In this document: piece after piece, positions 38,901 to 50,514 of the stretch
How positions within the stretch are numbered: the stretch's first letter is position 1
Layout of the letters: the number at the start of each line of letters is the position of its first letter
Assembly: GCF_001447785.1 (NCBI RefSeq)
Contig: NW_015165831.1
Span: forward strand, 1,364,064-1,428,063
From: Gekko japonicus
Lineage: Eukaryota
Reading direction: 5' to 3'
DNA length: 64,000 bases
Position numbers and translations under genes: made by a program
Notes under the pieces: generated by a model
The model's input: the letters and a program-made list of their open reading frames with translations, nothing else
What the model was told of the DNA's origin: nothing
The model's database searches: none

Positions 38901-41900
38901 AAAATTCAGAGAGCGAGAGGCGCAGCCCCAGTAGTGAAGACGATAGGGAGGAAAAAGAATCCACTGCAGAGATCCAGAATCCAGAAGATTACAAGGAGAT
39001 CTTCCAGCCAAAGAATGCCATCAGTGAGTGCTACTAAAATAGCTAGTTGGTGGGGTTCAAGATTTCCTGGATTAACTAGGTCTTATCCTTGGTGGAAACA
39101 CTGTGGTAGATCTTCCCTCCACCGTTGCCTTTTAAAGTTCCGTCTTTTCATGGTGGCCATGAATGAATGAGCAGGTAGGCTAGTAGCTTACTAGAAGGTT
39201 TCTCTTATTTAGGTGGTAAGCTGTTTTATGGGATCTCCTCATTCCCTCACACCATCACTGGTTTAAGGTATTGTTGACTCCAGCGGGTTCAAAAGGCAAG
39301 TTAGTGTTTGGAGGCTTCTCCAAAATACTGCATGTTGGTGCAGCCAGTCATCTGGATCTGGTAAATTCCAAAAAAAACCCCAAAATATCAGAATATCAAA
39401 AAACAGTGCGTAAACTATTGAATTCCTTAGAATTTATCATCAGTGGGCAAGTGGCCACTCTGCAGAACTACAGTGGGGATGAGTCTCAGGCTTGTGAAAG
39501 CTGTAATCTCTTGTGGCTTTTGCAAATGAAATCAGGTACAAGGCTGGGCTTTTGCCTTTTGCAGCTCGAACTCCGCCCTGCAAGAGCGAGCCTTTTCCTG
39601 CACCTCCTGAAGATGGTGAGTTAGGACTTATTTTCCAGGGAATGGGTGCAGGGGGAGACCCCAGAAACAGTCGCTGTATTCCTGACCTTTCTATGGATGC
39701 TTGCAAAATCTATGTTGCCAAAGGAGGTTGAGCAAAATTTTTCCTTGGCTTTAGAGATATCCAGATTTGTCTTGGCGAGTCTCCCCTGGGACAAGCCTGT
39801 ACATACTAGGATCCTTTGCCACCAAAGAGCAACGGATTGTGTCTGGTAAAAATGACAGATGCTTTTCCCACCCAATGGCTATCCCAGAATAAGAGAAGAG
39901 TAGTGGTTAAGTATGCGGACTCTAATCTGGGAGAACCGGGTTTGATTCCCCACTCCTCCACTTGCAGCTGTTGGATGACCTTGGGCAAGCCATAGTTCTG
40001 ACAAGAGCTGTCCTTGAAAGGGCAGTTCTCTCAGAACTCTCTTAGCCCCACCTACTTCACAGGGTGTCAGTTGTGGGGAGGGGAAGGGAAAGGAGTTTGT
40101 AAGCCGCTCTGAGACTCTGAGTGAAGGGCGGGGTATAAATCCAATCTCTTCTTCTTCTTCTTCCTTTATGATTCTCCCCCTGCCCAAGAGTTCCTTGGAT
40201 TTTTCCAATTAAAATCTACCTCCATTTGAGGGACCCTAGTACAGAGGGAACATGACATAACAGCTTCCTTTCCCATTGCCTCCAGAACCCACACTTGCAA
40301 AAGAAACATCCAGGCCAAGTCAGGCTGCAGACAGCCAAACCCCATTGCCAAGCCAAGAGAACGTAAGTATCTTGCAGCAGTTGCTATTTCCTCTTCTCCA
40401 TCTATCGCAGTAAATGTTGTTCATTATGGTGGTGCATCCAACAGCATAAAATGTAGGCTAGGATGGGTGACGCTAAGGAGGGTCTGCCAGTCTGCACTCT
40501 TGTTGGAATCTATTTCCCAGCAGATTTTGGGTCTTGTTTCTTGTTGTTGCAAAACATGTTTGAAGAAAGGTGAGGTAAGAATTGAGAATCCCTTGAACTG
40601 GCAGTAAACGGTATCTCTCCAGGTGTCTTGAGGGTGGCCACTGACTTAGTTTTGGACGTCACTACTATCTAATGGGGTGCTCGGAAGGGGAGGACGGGGG
40701 GAGGGGGGGGAGAGATAGAATTGAATCAGCCTTTTAACGTAGCCTCAACACAGTCCATGTGTCTTGAACAATATGTCTGCCCTGATTTGATGTCTGCTTT
40801 TTCCTACAGCCTGTCCCCATTCAGAGGCCACCAGTAGCTGCCTCAACCCCTATTACTAGGGTTGAGCCCTCAGTGATTCCTGCCGCCAGGAATGAGCCCA
40901 TTGGGCTGAAAGCCTCTGACTTCTTGCCGGTAATCTATTTTCCTGTAGAGAAGGAGTTGGGGAAGGAAATTGGCAGTGGAGAGAGTTTTCTCGCTTTGCT
41001 TCTTGGCTACTTCAGAGGTGGGAGAGCCTTTTGATTTTAAATGCCAAACCATTGGCCTTGCGGTAGAGTGTGAATACAAGCTCTTGGAGAAAGACCTTGA
41101 AGAGGGTCCAGTTGCAGGAAGACTTGTTTAAGGGGACAGGAAATAGAGGGACTTGGAGGGCTTCTTTTCAAGGGCTGGTGAGGGGCTGTGGCTCAGTAGC
41201 AGAGCATCTGCCTTGCATGAAGAAGGTCCCTGGTTCAGTCCCTGGTATCTCCAGTTAGAAAGGTCTTAATTAATTATTGTATGGCATTGTGTGTAGAATA
41301 GCCAGGAGCTCCTAAGATTGTCTGGCAGCCACAAGTTCTAGCTCTTAGTATTATGCTAGCTGCAAGCTAGACTTGTTTTTAGGGGCTGAGAGAGCTCTGA
41401 AAGAACTGTGACTGACCCAGGGTTACCCAGCTGGCTTCATGTTTTTCTTTTGCAGTCCCCCTTCAGTTGTGAATCCTGAGTGGTCGTCAAAACATGAGAG
41501 GGAAAGTGTGTGCCTGCCCTAGAGGTTAGCAAGAGAGTGCAGAGTGGTGACTTCCAGCAGTTCCACTGCTTCTCGCTAGCAGGCCAGAGCTCTTAACCAC
41601 AGCCACCCATAAAAGATGAAGGCCAGTCACTTCACATACCCATTTAACACTGACTGTCACTGAACACATGAAGTTGCCTTATACCAAATGATATTGAATT
41701 GGTCCATCAAGGTTAGTATTGTCTTCTCAGACTGGCAGCGGCTGCCCAGGGTCTTAGGCAGAGGTATTTTGCATCACTTACTGCCAGATCTTTTAAATGA
41801 GATGCCAAGGATTGAACCTGGGTCCCTCCCTATGCTAAGCAGGTGCTCTACCACTGAGCCACACAGGCCCTCCCTTTTCCTGACCCTGTTCAGATGCCAT

Positions 41901-44900
41901 TGATAGCCACCCCTATGCCTCCCCTGCCTCCTATCTGGTTGGCTTCATTGCATATGCTGCAATCGCCTTGTATTTCCCTTTTGTGTCTCCATGTCCAGGC
42001 CATGAAGAACCAAAGCCTGACAGAAATTGTAGATGATGAGGCCATGTCTCAGATCCGAAAGGGCCACGAGACCATGTGCGTGGTCCTTACCAGCCGGCAC
42101 AAAAACCTGGATGCAGTGCGGGCCAAGTGGAGCACTGGAGACATCAAGGCAAGTTGGTCACTTTGGGGCCGGGGGGGGGGGGGGGGGGCGCCGTGTGCGC
42201 CACAAGAGGATCCGGGCACAGGTGTCTGTGACTCGGCAGCAGTTTGATTCCAAATTTCTTGCCTTGATGAGCTTTTGTGTGAGAAGGGGTGGTGAGCTCC
42301 AGCTCTGTATTCCAGAGCTACTCCTACTGTACTGCTGTGTACCCTCAGAGGCTTAGGTCCTTGTGAAACACCTGCCTCTAATTCTGGGCTGAAAACTCAG
42401 CACTGCATTGCATAGGCCGAAGCAGGATGAATGCCGGTCTTTTGCTTTGATTTCAGCCTGCTTTGGGAGGAGGTGTAGAGAGGTGGTGTGGTTGCTATTT
42501 CTATCCTTGTTTTCTGGCAGTCTATGCCTCAACCCCCATCCCCACCCCATCCTGAGCCAAGCGTCCCTTCCAAAACAAAACCTTTGCCCCTCCTTCTTTT
42601 CGTCAGTGGGGTGTGTGTCTGTCCTGGGAAGTATAACTCCCCTGCTTGTCACATTGGCAATGCCAAGGTAACCTGCTTGTTCTTCTGGTAGGAGGCAACC
42701 ATCTCTCCACCGGCTTCATTCCCAGTTCCAGTCCTGCCCATTGTGCACCGCCAAAGGATTCTGTAAGGGCAATGAACAGAGCAGGAGCTTCCATGGATTG
42801 TATTTTCCCTGCTTTCCCTTTCCCTGCATTAGCTAGTTAAGTTGGACAAAGGAGCCCAACCAAGCTGTGCATGTAGTGCCACTGACACACTCTGTAGCCA
42901 CTAGATGCATGACCTTAGAAGAAGAAGAGGTTGGATTTATACCCCGCCCTTCACTTGGAGTCTCAGAGCGGCTTACAAACTCCTTTCCCCTCCCCTCCCC
43001 ACAACAGGCACCCTGTGAGGTGGGTGGGGCTGAGAGAGCTCTGACACAAACTGCTCTTTTTCAAGGACAGCTGTGCCAGAGCTTATGGCTGACCCAAGGT
43101 CACATCAGCAGGTGCAAGTGGAGGAGTGGGGAATCAAACCCGGTTCTCCCAGATTAGAGTCCGCGCACTTAACCACTACACCAAACTTACAAGTGGCTGC
43201 TAAGAACAACAAGAGCAGCTATGCTGGATCAGACCAGCGGCCTGTCTAGTCCAGCAGAATAAGGCTAAGAGGAGTGGAAGGGATGCACTTGCTGCATCCT
43301 TGGAAGATGCTCTTGGAATTGAGGGCAAAGCCAGTGTGGAGGGTTGATCATGCCCCCAAAAGTGTCATTTGCCTTCTTTCTGAGGATCAAATGCCCTGGG
43401 AATCCCAAGCAGGTCTCCTGGGCCCATTTTAACTCAGCGTCCCTTACTGATCTGCAAGAGCTTGCTATCCCACCAAGTTCACAAGCAGGAAGTCGTCTAG
43501 CTCCAGAGCCATGCAGCTCCTGTCCCCAGCAATCATGTACTTTGCCAGATGTCCAGGTGCCTCTGCAGTCTGAAGAAACATTCTTCCTTGAGACCTGTGG
43601 GGCTGCAGTCTGGCCCTTGGTGCATTCTGGCACCTGCTAGTCATAGTGCAGGTTTTTAAAAAGTTAGTTGGTATTTTGGTTTGCAGCCCGTTGCTGCTGT
43701 AAGTTTCTCTGTGAAGTTTTTGGTCAATACTAATGGTCGAGGTACAGATCTTCTCTAAGCTGAATGCCTTCCTGTTTGAGAGGAGCAGGCAAGTTAACGT
43801 TTTCTCTTCGTGGTTCTTGGGTTTTTTGCTTGGTAACTGGTTCTGCTCCCTCTTCATAGAACCACTGAGCAGCAGGGTCAGTAGATGGAGCTGAAGCCTT
43901 TGGGACATTCTGCATCTTGAGGACCATAACAATGACAAGCCCTACTCTAATCCTTCTCCTGCTTCTGTTACCTTTTTCCTCAGACTTCCATGGACTCTGC
44001 TGTGGATATCAATGACCTTTCCGTTGTTGTTGATCTCCTGAACATCATCAACCAGAAGGCGTGAGTCCCAGTATGCTTGTCTTCTACAAGGAGAAGGGGT
44101 TGGCCAGTTGAACTGTTGTGGCATCTAAGCATTAAGGTCCTAAAATGCAGTCACTGCCTTCATGTGCCACTTTATCATGACCCATGTGCTTGTGGGGGGA
44201 GAGGGGAATTGTTCGCGGTGTGCCCTCTGGTATGCAGTTTTACTCAGTTGGCATATCACAGGCATGAAGCCCTTGGCCAACATGACCCAGTTGATCTCAA
44301 AAAGCTCTCGGCAGCCTCTAGAGTTGGGAGGTGGTAGAAGGTCCTGAGGGGCTTGGGCAAGTCTTAATGTGCGCACCCAGAGAACATGTGCACACCCACA
44401 GAGCATGTAAGTCGTTGCCTGGAATTGCAGCATCATTTGGATCCCACATGTGACTTCCCATGGAGAAAAATTGCCTCCAGTCAATCCATGCAGTGCTTTC
44501 TGCCTTGAACTTGCAGGTCCCCATTCTGTTCTTGAAGGGTTCTGAGGATTTAATGGGGGTGGGTGGAGTCTGGCAACTCTCTGGAACCTGCGTCTTTCCC
44601 CAGGTCTCTCTGGAAGCTCGACTTGTGCACTGTCGTCTTGCCCCAGATAGAGAAACTTCTCCAAAGCAAATATGAAAGGTGAGGCTCCAGGGCAGTACAA
44701 GTCCTAGAGGATTTAAAGGCACTTAACCTGGGGAGCAGGTGATTTTGTGGAGACCAAAGTTCTCTCTGGGAGCTAGCACTTTTGTGACTTGTTGCTTGCA
44801 ATTCAGTCATGGTTCTGAGACCGGGCAGCTGCTGCCAGCATTGATTCCAGCAACAGTGTGGGAATTGCCCAACTAGATGGTGGCAGGGGCAGAAGCCTGT

Positions 44901-47489
44901 AAGTTCTGGACTTAGGAGAGCTTTATTCCAAATGTGCCTGCTTGGTCTGTGGGTATTGTGCAGAAGGGCAATGCATGTCTAAGGGGAGAGGCTTCTTCTT
45001 GCTTGACAGGGCCACCTTGCAGTGTCATTTCACTTCCATGTTGGAAAAATCCCATACCCTTTAGTTAAATGTCTTTTGAAAGCTCAAGCCTGGGGAATTG
45101 GGGATCGGTGGGCTTCCAGAGCTAAATTAAGCACTGAGATGAATCAGTCTTAATAGCGTATTGCTTGTGAATTGTTTCTGCAAGACAGTGGAGCAGAGAG
45201 AAATTTCCTAACAATTTTAAATTCTCAACTTTCTTCTTGTCCTGTTGTTAGGGTTCAAGAGCTAAGATTTTCATTTATTGCAACTGGTGCAAAGCTTTGG
45301 TGTGCTTTGATTGTCGGCGTGCTTCAAAGGATGCCTCCTTTCTTTCTTTTACCTTCAAAGGCATCTCTGTACTGAGGTGTGTGCGTGTGTGGCTGCCAGC
45401 ACATTTCTGCCCATTATGCAGCATGTCATTCCACAGGGTCCCCAACACAAAGGTGGTAACTCTATTCATGTACTGCTGCAGTAGAGCAGCAGTGGCAAAA
45501 CTGGAATTCAGCCCATAGAGATGGGAGGCGTTAAGCAGCACTTTTGGTATGGAGGTGATTCAGACATCGGCCCATCATTGTGTGGTTACTGCCAGCAGAG
45601 GGAGCTCTATGCTGAGATTTATTGGTCCTCTACCTTGACTGTGCTCGTTTCCTTCCCATCCCTGTACTGGCCCCTTTTTGCTGGACTTGCCCTTAATGGC
45701 GGCCTGATCAGGGGGATCTGAGTGATGCTGTCCCTACAGTTTACTTGCAGATCAGGGACATAGCATCACTGGGCTAATTTGTGCCATCTGAGCTTTGCAA
45801 AGAGCTGAAACAAGCGGGCAGCTACAATTTATCGACTTCATTTTTACCCCATCTTGCCCCCCACTGGGGACTCAAAGTGGTTTACATAGTTCCCCCTCCT
45901 CCATTTTATCCTCACAGTGATGATCCTGTGAAGCAGGTTAGGGTGAGATTGGGTGACTGGTCCAAGGTCACCCAGTGAGCTTCCATGGCCGAGTGAGGGT
46001 TTATAGAATCATAGAGTTGGAAGGGGCCATGCAGACCATCTAGTCCAGCCCCTGCTCAGTGCAGGATCAGCCTAGAGCATCTCTGACGAGTGTTCGTCCA
46101 ACTGCTGCTTGTGCGGAGGAGCTCACCACCACCTCCCTAGGCAGACAATTCCACTGCTAAACTACTCTTACTGTAAAAAAATAAATAATCCTAATATCCA
46201 GCCAGTACCTTTCTGCTTGTAATTTGAACCCATTACTGCAAGCCGTATCCTCTGCTGCCGACAGGAACAACTGCCTGCATCTCCCAGATCCAGTCCAACC
46301 CTAACCACTGCACCACAATGATGATCCTAGTGTGTTACCCTTTAAAAAAAAAAATCAGAAGTTGGACAAAAGGCAAGTCCTGTTACAGCCAGTGACCATA
46401 TCGGTGAGAAATGCCATTTCTCTCTCCAGGTAGTCTGAAAGAATGTTGTTCTGCACCTTGGCTTGAACAGTTAGACTTGGCAAGCCTTACTGGATGTGCT
46501 TTGGAACATGAGCCACCTCCTTCCTTTTATCTGGTGCTTTTTCAGGCTGTTTTTGAAAGCGTTTCCATTTTTGCTGATGGTCTGTGTTGTCTTGATAGCT
46601 ACGTCCAGACAGGTTGCACTTCACTGAAGTTGATCCTGCAGCGCTTCTTGCCCCTGATCACGGACATTCTCGCTGCACCACCGTCAGTGGGGGTAGACAT
46701 TTCCCGAGAGGAGAGGTAATATTATCTTAAGAGGCTGGATGGCATTGCACTCGCTTCCCTCATTTGCAGGCCTTTGGGTGAAGCTTCTGGGTCTCTACAG
46801 GTGTAATATGACAGTCTAGCCCAAGGCCCTTCCCTTTTAGGACTTACCAGCTTGATTCCCAGTGCTGATGCATCTTGCCAGTCTCTCTTTTGCCCTGTAG
46901 AGTCCTGAAGTCCTCACCTGTGTGTTAGGACATTTGTAGGCCTAGCTGCCGCTAGCTCTGTATGGGGCTGGGGGAAAATGCACACATTCTATTGTATCCA
47001 CTGAGGGCCAAGTGGAAAACTCCTTTGGGCTCCTTTCAGCTAGATTGACTGATCCAGAATATTTTCCTGAGAGAGACACCCACACAGTCTGGTTCATATG
47101 CTTGGAGGGTAAATCCTTTGCCTTCTTCTTGTGCTTGCTCTCTCCATAGCACTTAGTGGGGGATTTTTATTTGAGATATTTGTGTAGTGCTTCTCTGAGG
47201 AGCACTCAAAGTGCTGTTTGTTTAAAATACATTTAAACGCCTTTTGGATGGCAGCGTACCCTTGCAGCTAGCTAGCTACCTACTCCTATGTATTCCTTGG
47301 TTATGTTTCTACGACCTCACTGCAGAGCCATCTAGGAGGGACNNNNNNNNNNNNNNNNNNNNNNNNNNNNNNNNNNNNNNNNNNNNGCTGAAGAACATCA
47401 GCAACATCATCAAGAACAAATGTGGACTCAGTGGCCGCCATGGCAGTGCCTTCTGTGAGCTGCATCTCCTTATGGCTGTCCTTGAGTGA
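26982..47489 (+). CDS. KATNB1: Katanin p80 WD40 repeat-containing subunit B1, ~658 aa; join(26982..27024,28785..28915,32204..32321,32647..32747,33199..33240,34503..34586,34784..34899,36652..36723,37177..37327,38350..38537,38893..39023,39565..39615,40286..40362,40810..40929,41999..42148,43984..44060,44604..44678,46599..46715,<47387..47489)
   Basis: [49 protein letters not shown]... six WD40 repeats, [31 protein letters not shown], con80 domain [43 protein letters not shown]...LHLLMAVLE*. Phases consistent; one GC donor; start of last exon lies in the N gap. Confidence 0.95.
35062..35245 (+). mobile_element. 5S rRNA-headed SINE (SINE3)
   Basis: gcctgatctc...cggaagctaatcagggc...gtacttggaagggaggcctccagggaataccaggg is a degenerate 5S rRNA with A/IE/C boxes, followed by a non-5S body. 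Confidence 0.75.
36253..36522 (+). mobile_element. Squam3-like SINE
   Basis: Same head, body and (TCT)n tail as the copy at 12759. Confidence 0.85.
37379..37614. mobile_element. hAT (Tip100-like) non-autonomous element; related fragment at 24240-24412
   Basis: End tggcatcccta (TAGGGTTGCCA-type TIR); body ggagatttgggggtggag...gagtccgccctccaaagcatccattttc shared in reverse with 24240-24412. Confidence 0.55.
39900..40162 (+). mobile_element. Squam3-like SINE
   Basis: tagtggttaagtatgcggactctaatctgggagaaccgggtttgattcccc...(TCT)n. Confidence 0.85.
42917..43187 (-). mobile_element. Squam3-like SINE (inverted relative to the copy at 39900)
   Basis: Reverse complement of the same subfamily, (AGA)n at left end. 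Confidence 0.85.
47343..47386. other. Assembly gap (44 N) covering the acceptor and first ~30 nt of the last KATNB1 exon
   Basis: Run of N; the protein resumes at [11 protein letters not shown]. Confidence 0.95.
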
Positions 47490-47614
47490 CCTCTGCTGCC
47501 TCCTCTGCCTATGCAGATGCACCACACCAAGGACTAGTCTTCCCGACCACGACCTCCCATTTCAGCCAGCGTTGGGTCATTTTGTTTGGTGTCCAATCTG
47601 TACACTCCTTCAGT

Positions 47615-47620
47615 AATAAA
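47615..47620 (+). terminator. KATNB1 proximal polyadenylation signal AATAAA (distal ATTAAA at 48073-48078 followed by a GU-rich tract)
   Basis: Canonical hexamer ~125 nt after the stop codon. Confidence 0.55.
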
Positions 47621-50514
47621 TAATAAGGGGGTGCCCTAAGCGCTCTGCTCCATCATCAGTGCCTTAACAGGCTGGGTTGCAAAACAAGCTCCCATCTCCC
47701 TCCAACACAGCCCACCCTTCTTTGCATGCAGCAGCTGGGCAGCGTCCCTTGGTCCTGGTGACCCGAGTGCCTGGGACCACCGGCCCCTACCCTGCTTGTG
47801 AGCCCCCTTTCCTTTCCAGTCTTACTGTTGTCTCATGGGCTTTGTCATTCCAGTGAGGGAAAGGGTGGGCCAGACCTGTCTGATCAGTTTGTGCCAGTCA
47901 TGTAGCTACATTTGCCTCTTTGGGAAGTTCTTGGACTGGAGGAGCCGGGCAGGATCAGACGTGGGGCCAACGTGTCTGCTCCTCCTTGCTTTTTCTCCAC
48001 GGTGGAACCTTCAGTGCTGGAGAATGGGAGGGTGTTTCCTGTTCCATGAAACTGTAACTTATAATTAATTTTATTAAAACATTTGTAACTTTTATTTTGG
48101 AATGCTGTTATGAAGTGTTGTGTGTCCCTTTTCAAAGGGCAGCTTGGGATTTTTTTGTTGGGGTTGGACATTTGGGGGTTTTGTTCCAGCAAATCAGTTC
48201 ATTCTTGACAGGTGTCCTCTAGATTTCCATTGAGATATAATATGGGATCCGGGGGGAGGGGGGACCCTCAGATAGTGGCTGATACGGTTTATCTGTGGCT
48301 TCAATGTATCAGTCATTCAGTTCCAACAGGATGAGTATAACCATGGAAACTGCATAGGGGTGATGTCCCACATGTACTACTATCCTTGACTCGAGGTACC
48401 AGATCTTGGAAGAGGACTACCAGTGATGGATTCCTCTCTGTACACATCCTCCCCCCCTCACATATATCTAAATCTTGGCTAGCACCCTGTCCAAGTCCTG
48501 TTGGCATGAGATGCCCCCAACTCCCCAGTTTAACCTATCATGAGGCACCAGATTCTTAAAGGTGACTGACAATATGTTGATTAGGTTTAATTTCCATGTC
48601 TTCAGAGATGGAAATAAGGATGTCTTTGAGCCATGTTAAACATCCCAACAACTTGTTTAAAGCAGTGAGAGGAACATCTACTTTTGAGTACAACTTCAAA
48701 AGTGGTGCATGCATTTGGGTCTATATTGATTTACCATCAACAAAAGCTGTATTACACTGCAAGACTGACCAGTTCTACTTGAATATCTGTCGCAGGAATC
48801 CTACATTTCCAAAGAGAACCTGTGTATTTTTAAACTGTTACAGTAGACATTGGAGGGAGGTAGCAGCAGGGAAGCCGTAACTCCTTAAAGCTGTACTACT
48901 CAGAATGCTTAAGCCATCGGTGTTCCCAAGGGTTTGTAAAAGGAGATCATATGTAGTTGGGTTGGTTGTCTAATTTTAAGAATAGGTTATACTAGGGGCA
49001 CATATTAAAAATTGCATTTAACACCACCTTCATGTTGAATCTTTTACTCTGTCAACTAGTATGTTCCATCTTGCCTAGTCATAGCGTTCCTGTGGCCTCT
49101 TTGTTCTGAAGGTTTTTATACCCCACTTTGCTCTACCTCAAGGAGTCTCAACGGGGCTTACCATCACACTCCCTTCCTCTCTCCACAACAGACACCTAAG
49201 AGGTAGGTGGGGCTGAGAGAGTTCTGAGAGAACCCAGCAGCCTTCATATGGAGGAGTGGGGAAGCGAACCCGGTTCTCAAGATTAGATTCCATCACTCTT
49301 AACCAACTAAACTGTGCTGGGTCCTTGCTTAAACACTGAGTCCAATTAAGAGTTGTTAACTATTGTTTAGAATAGAGGGCAACATTAAATATGCCAACAA
49401 AAGTACCCAAGTGCTACGGAATTCTGGACGTAGAATTACACAATTCAAAATAACCTTATTTTCTCACTATGTAACCACTGATTGGTATGCTTCAATTCTA
49501 TAGCAAATACTGTTGACAGTCAGTTCAGGCTTGACTCTGGCCATGCAGCGGTCAACCCTGCCCAATGGAAGTGGACAGCAGAGGCAGAAAAACTGGGTTG
49601 ATGTTGGGTAAGCCCTGCGGGCTTCACATTTCTGTCATCTGTCACAGCCAAAGCAATGCTCTTCACTGACCGTGTTTCAGGTTGCTGTAGATGCAGAATT
49701 AAGTCACAGCCAGCTTTGCTGGGAAGCTGGCCGACTGCTTCTTTCAAACTAAGAAGGCACAGTCTGCAGCTGGTTAGCTGTGCCAAAGACATGAGCTGAC
49801 TCTAAGACCAGAAGTCACAGAAGAAGTGGTGGTTGTGCTGTATCTAAACAAGCCCAGATCTTTTGTCACAAATAACAAAGGTATAAGTAATTGCCTCTAC
49901 AAAATCACACCAGTATGTCAGATTCAGCATTATTTAATAAGGGGGGGAAGTATCCGTGAGAAGACCACATAAGAGCCCGGCTGGATCAGACCAATGGTCC
50001 ATCAAGTCCAGCATCCTGTCTCACACAGTGGCCAACCAGTTCCTCTGGACAGCCAACAGGGCATAGAGGCTGAGGCCTTCCCAATGTTGCTTCCTAGCTC
50101 TGGGATTCAGAGGCTTAGTGCCAGGAAGGCCTTCTTTCTTCAGGTACCTGCTGTATACAGAGATTACTGCTCATGCAGCTTTAATGAAGACCTCTACAGC
50201 TGTTTCTAGAATATGCAGCTCGTTGCAAGAATGTAAGAGTGAGGCTCGAGCCAAAAAGTAAGGCTGCTTTTGATCTCTCCTCCCCCAAATTATTGGGGAT
50301 ATTTCATTAAAGCACTCCTAAATCATGATTTTGTATATTTTTATGTTCTCTATTTTTTTATATGGTAAGCCACCTTGAACTCCATAAAGAAGAAAGGTGG
50401 CTAATAAAATGCTTTAAGCAAGTGAAATATTGCCATGTTCTTGCTTAATCCCATCACAGTTAACAGCTCTTCATGGAAGACAAACAAGTGGCCCTTTTGC
50501 CAAGTCTGTTTTAT

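Noticed and set aside
26982-47489. KATNB1 as a retrocopy, a pseudogene or KATNBL1
   Set aside because: All introns are present, all visible exons are in frame, and the N-terminal WD40 repeats that KATNBL1 lacks are present.
49520-49792. 90-aa ATG-initiated ORF between KATNB1 and MRPL49
   Set aside because: No recognisable domain, promoter or splice context; its length is compatible with chance.
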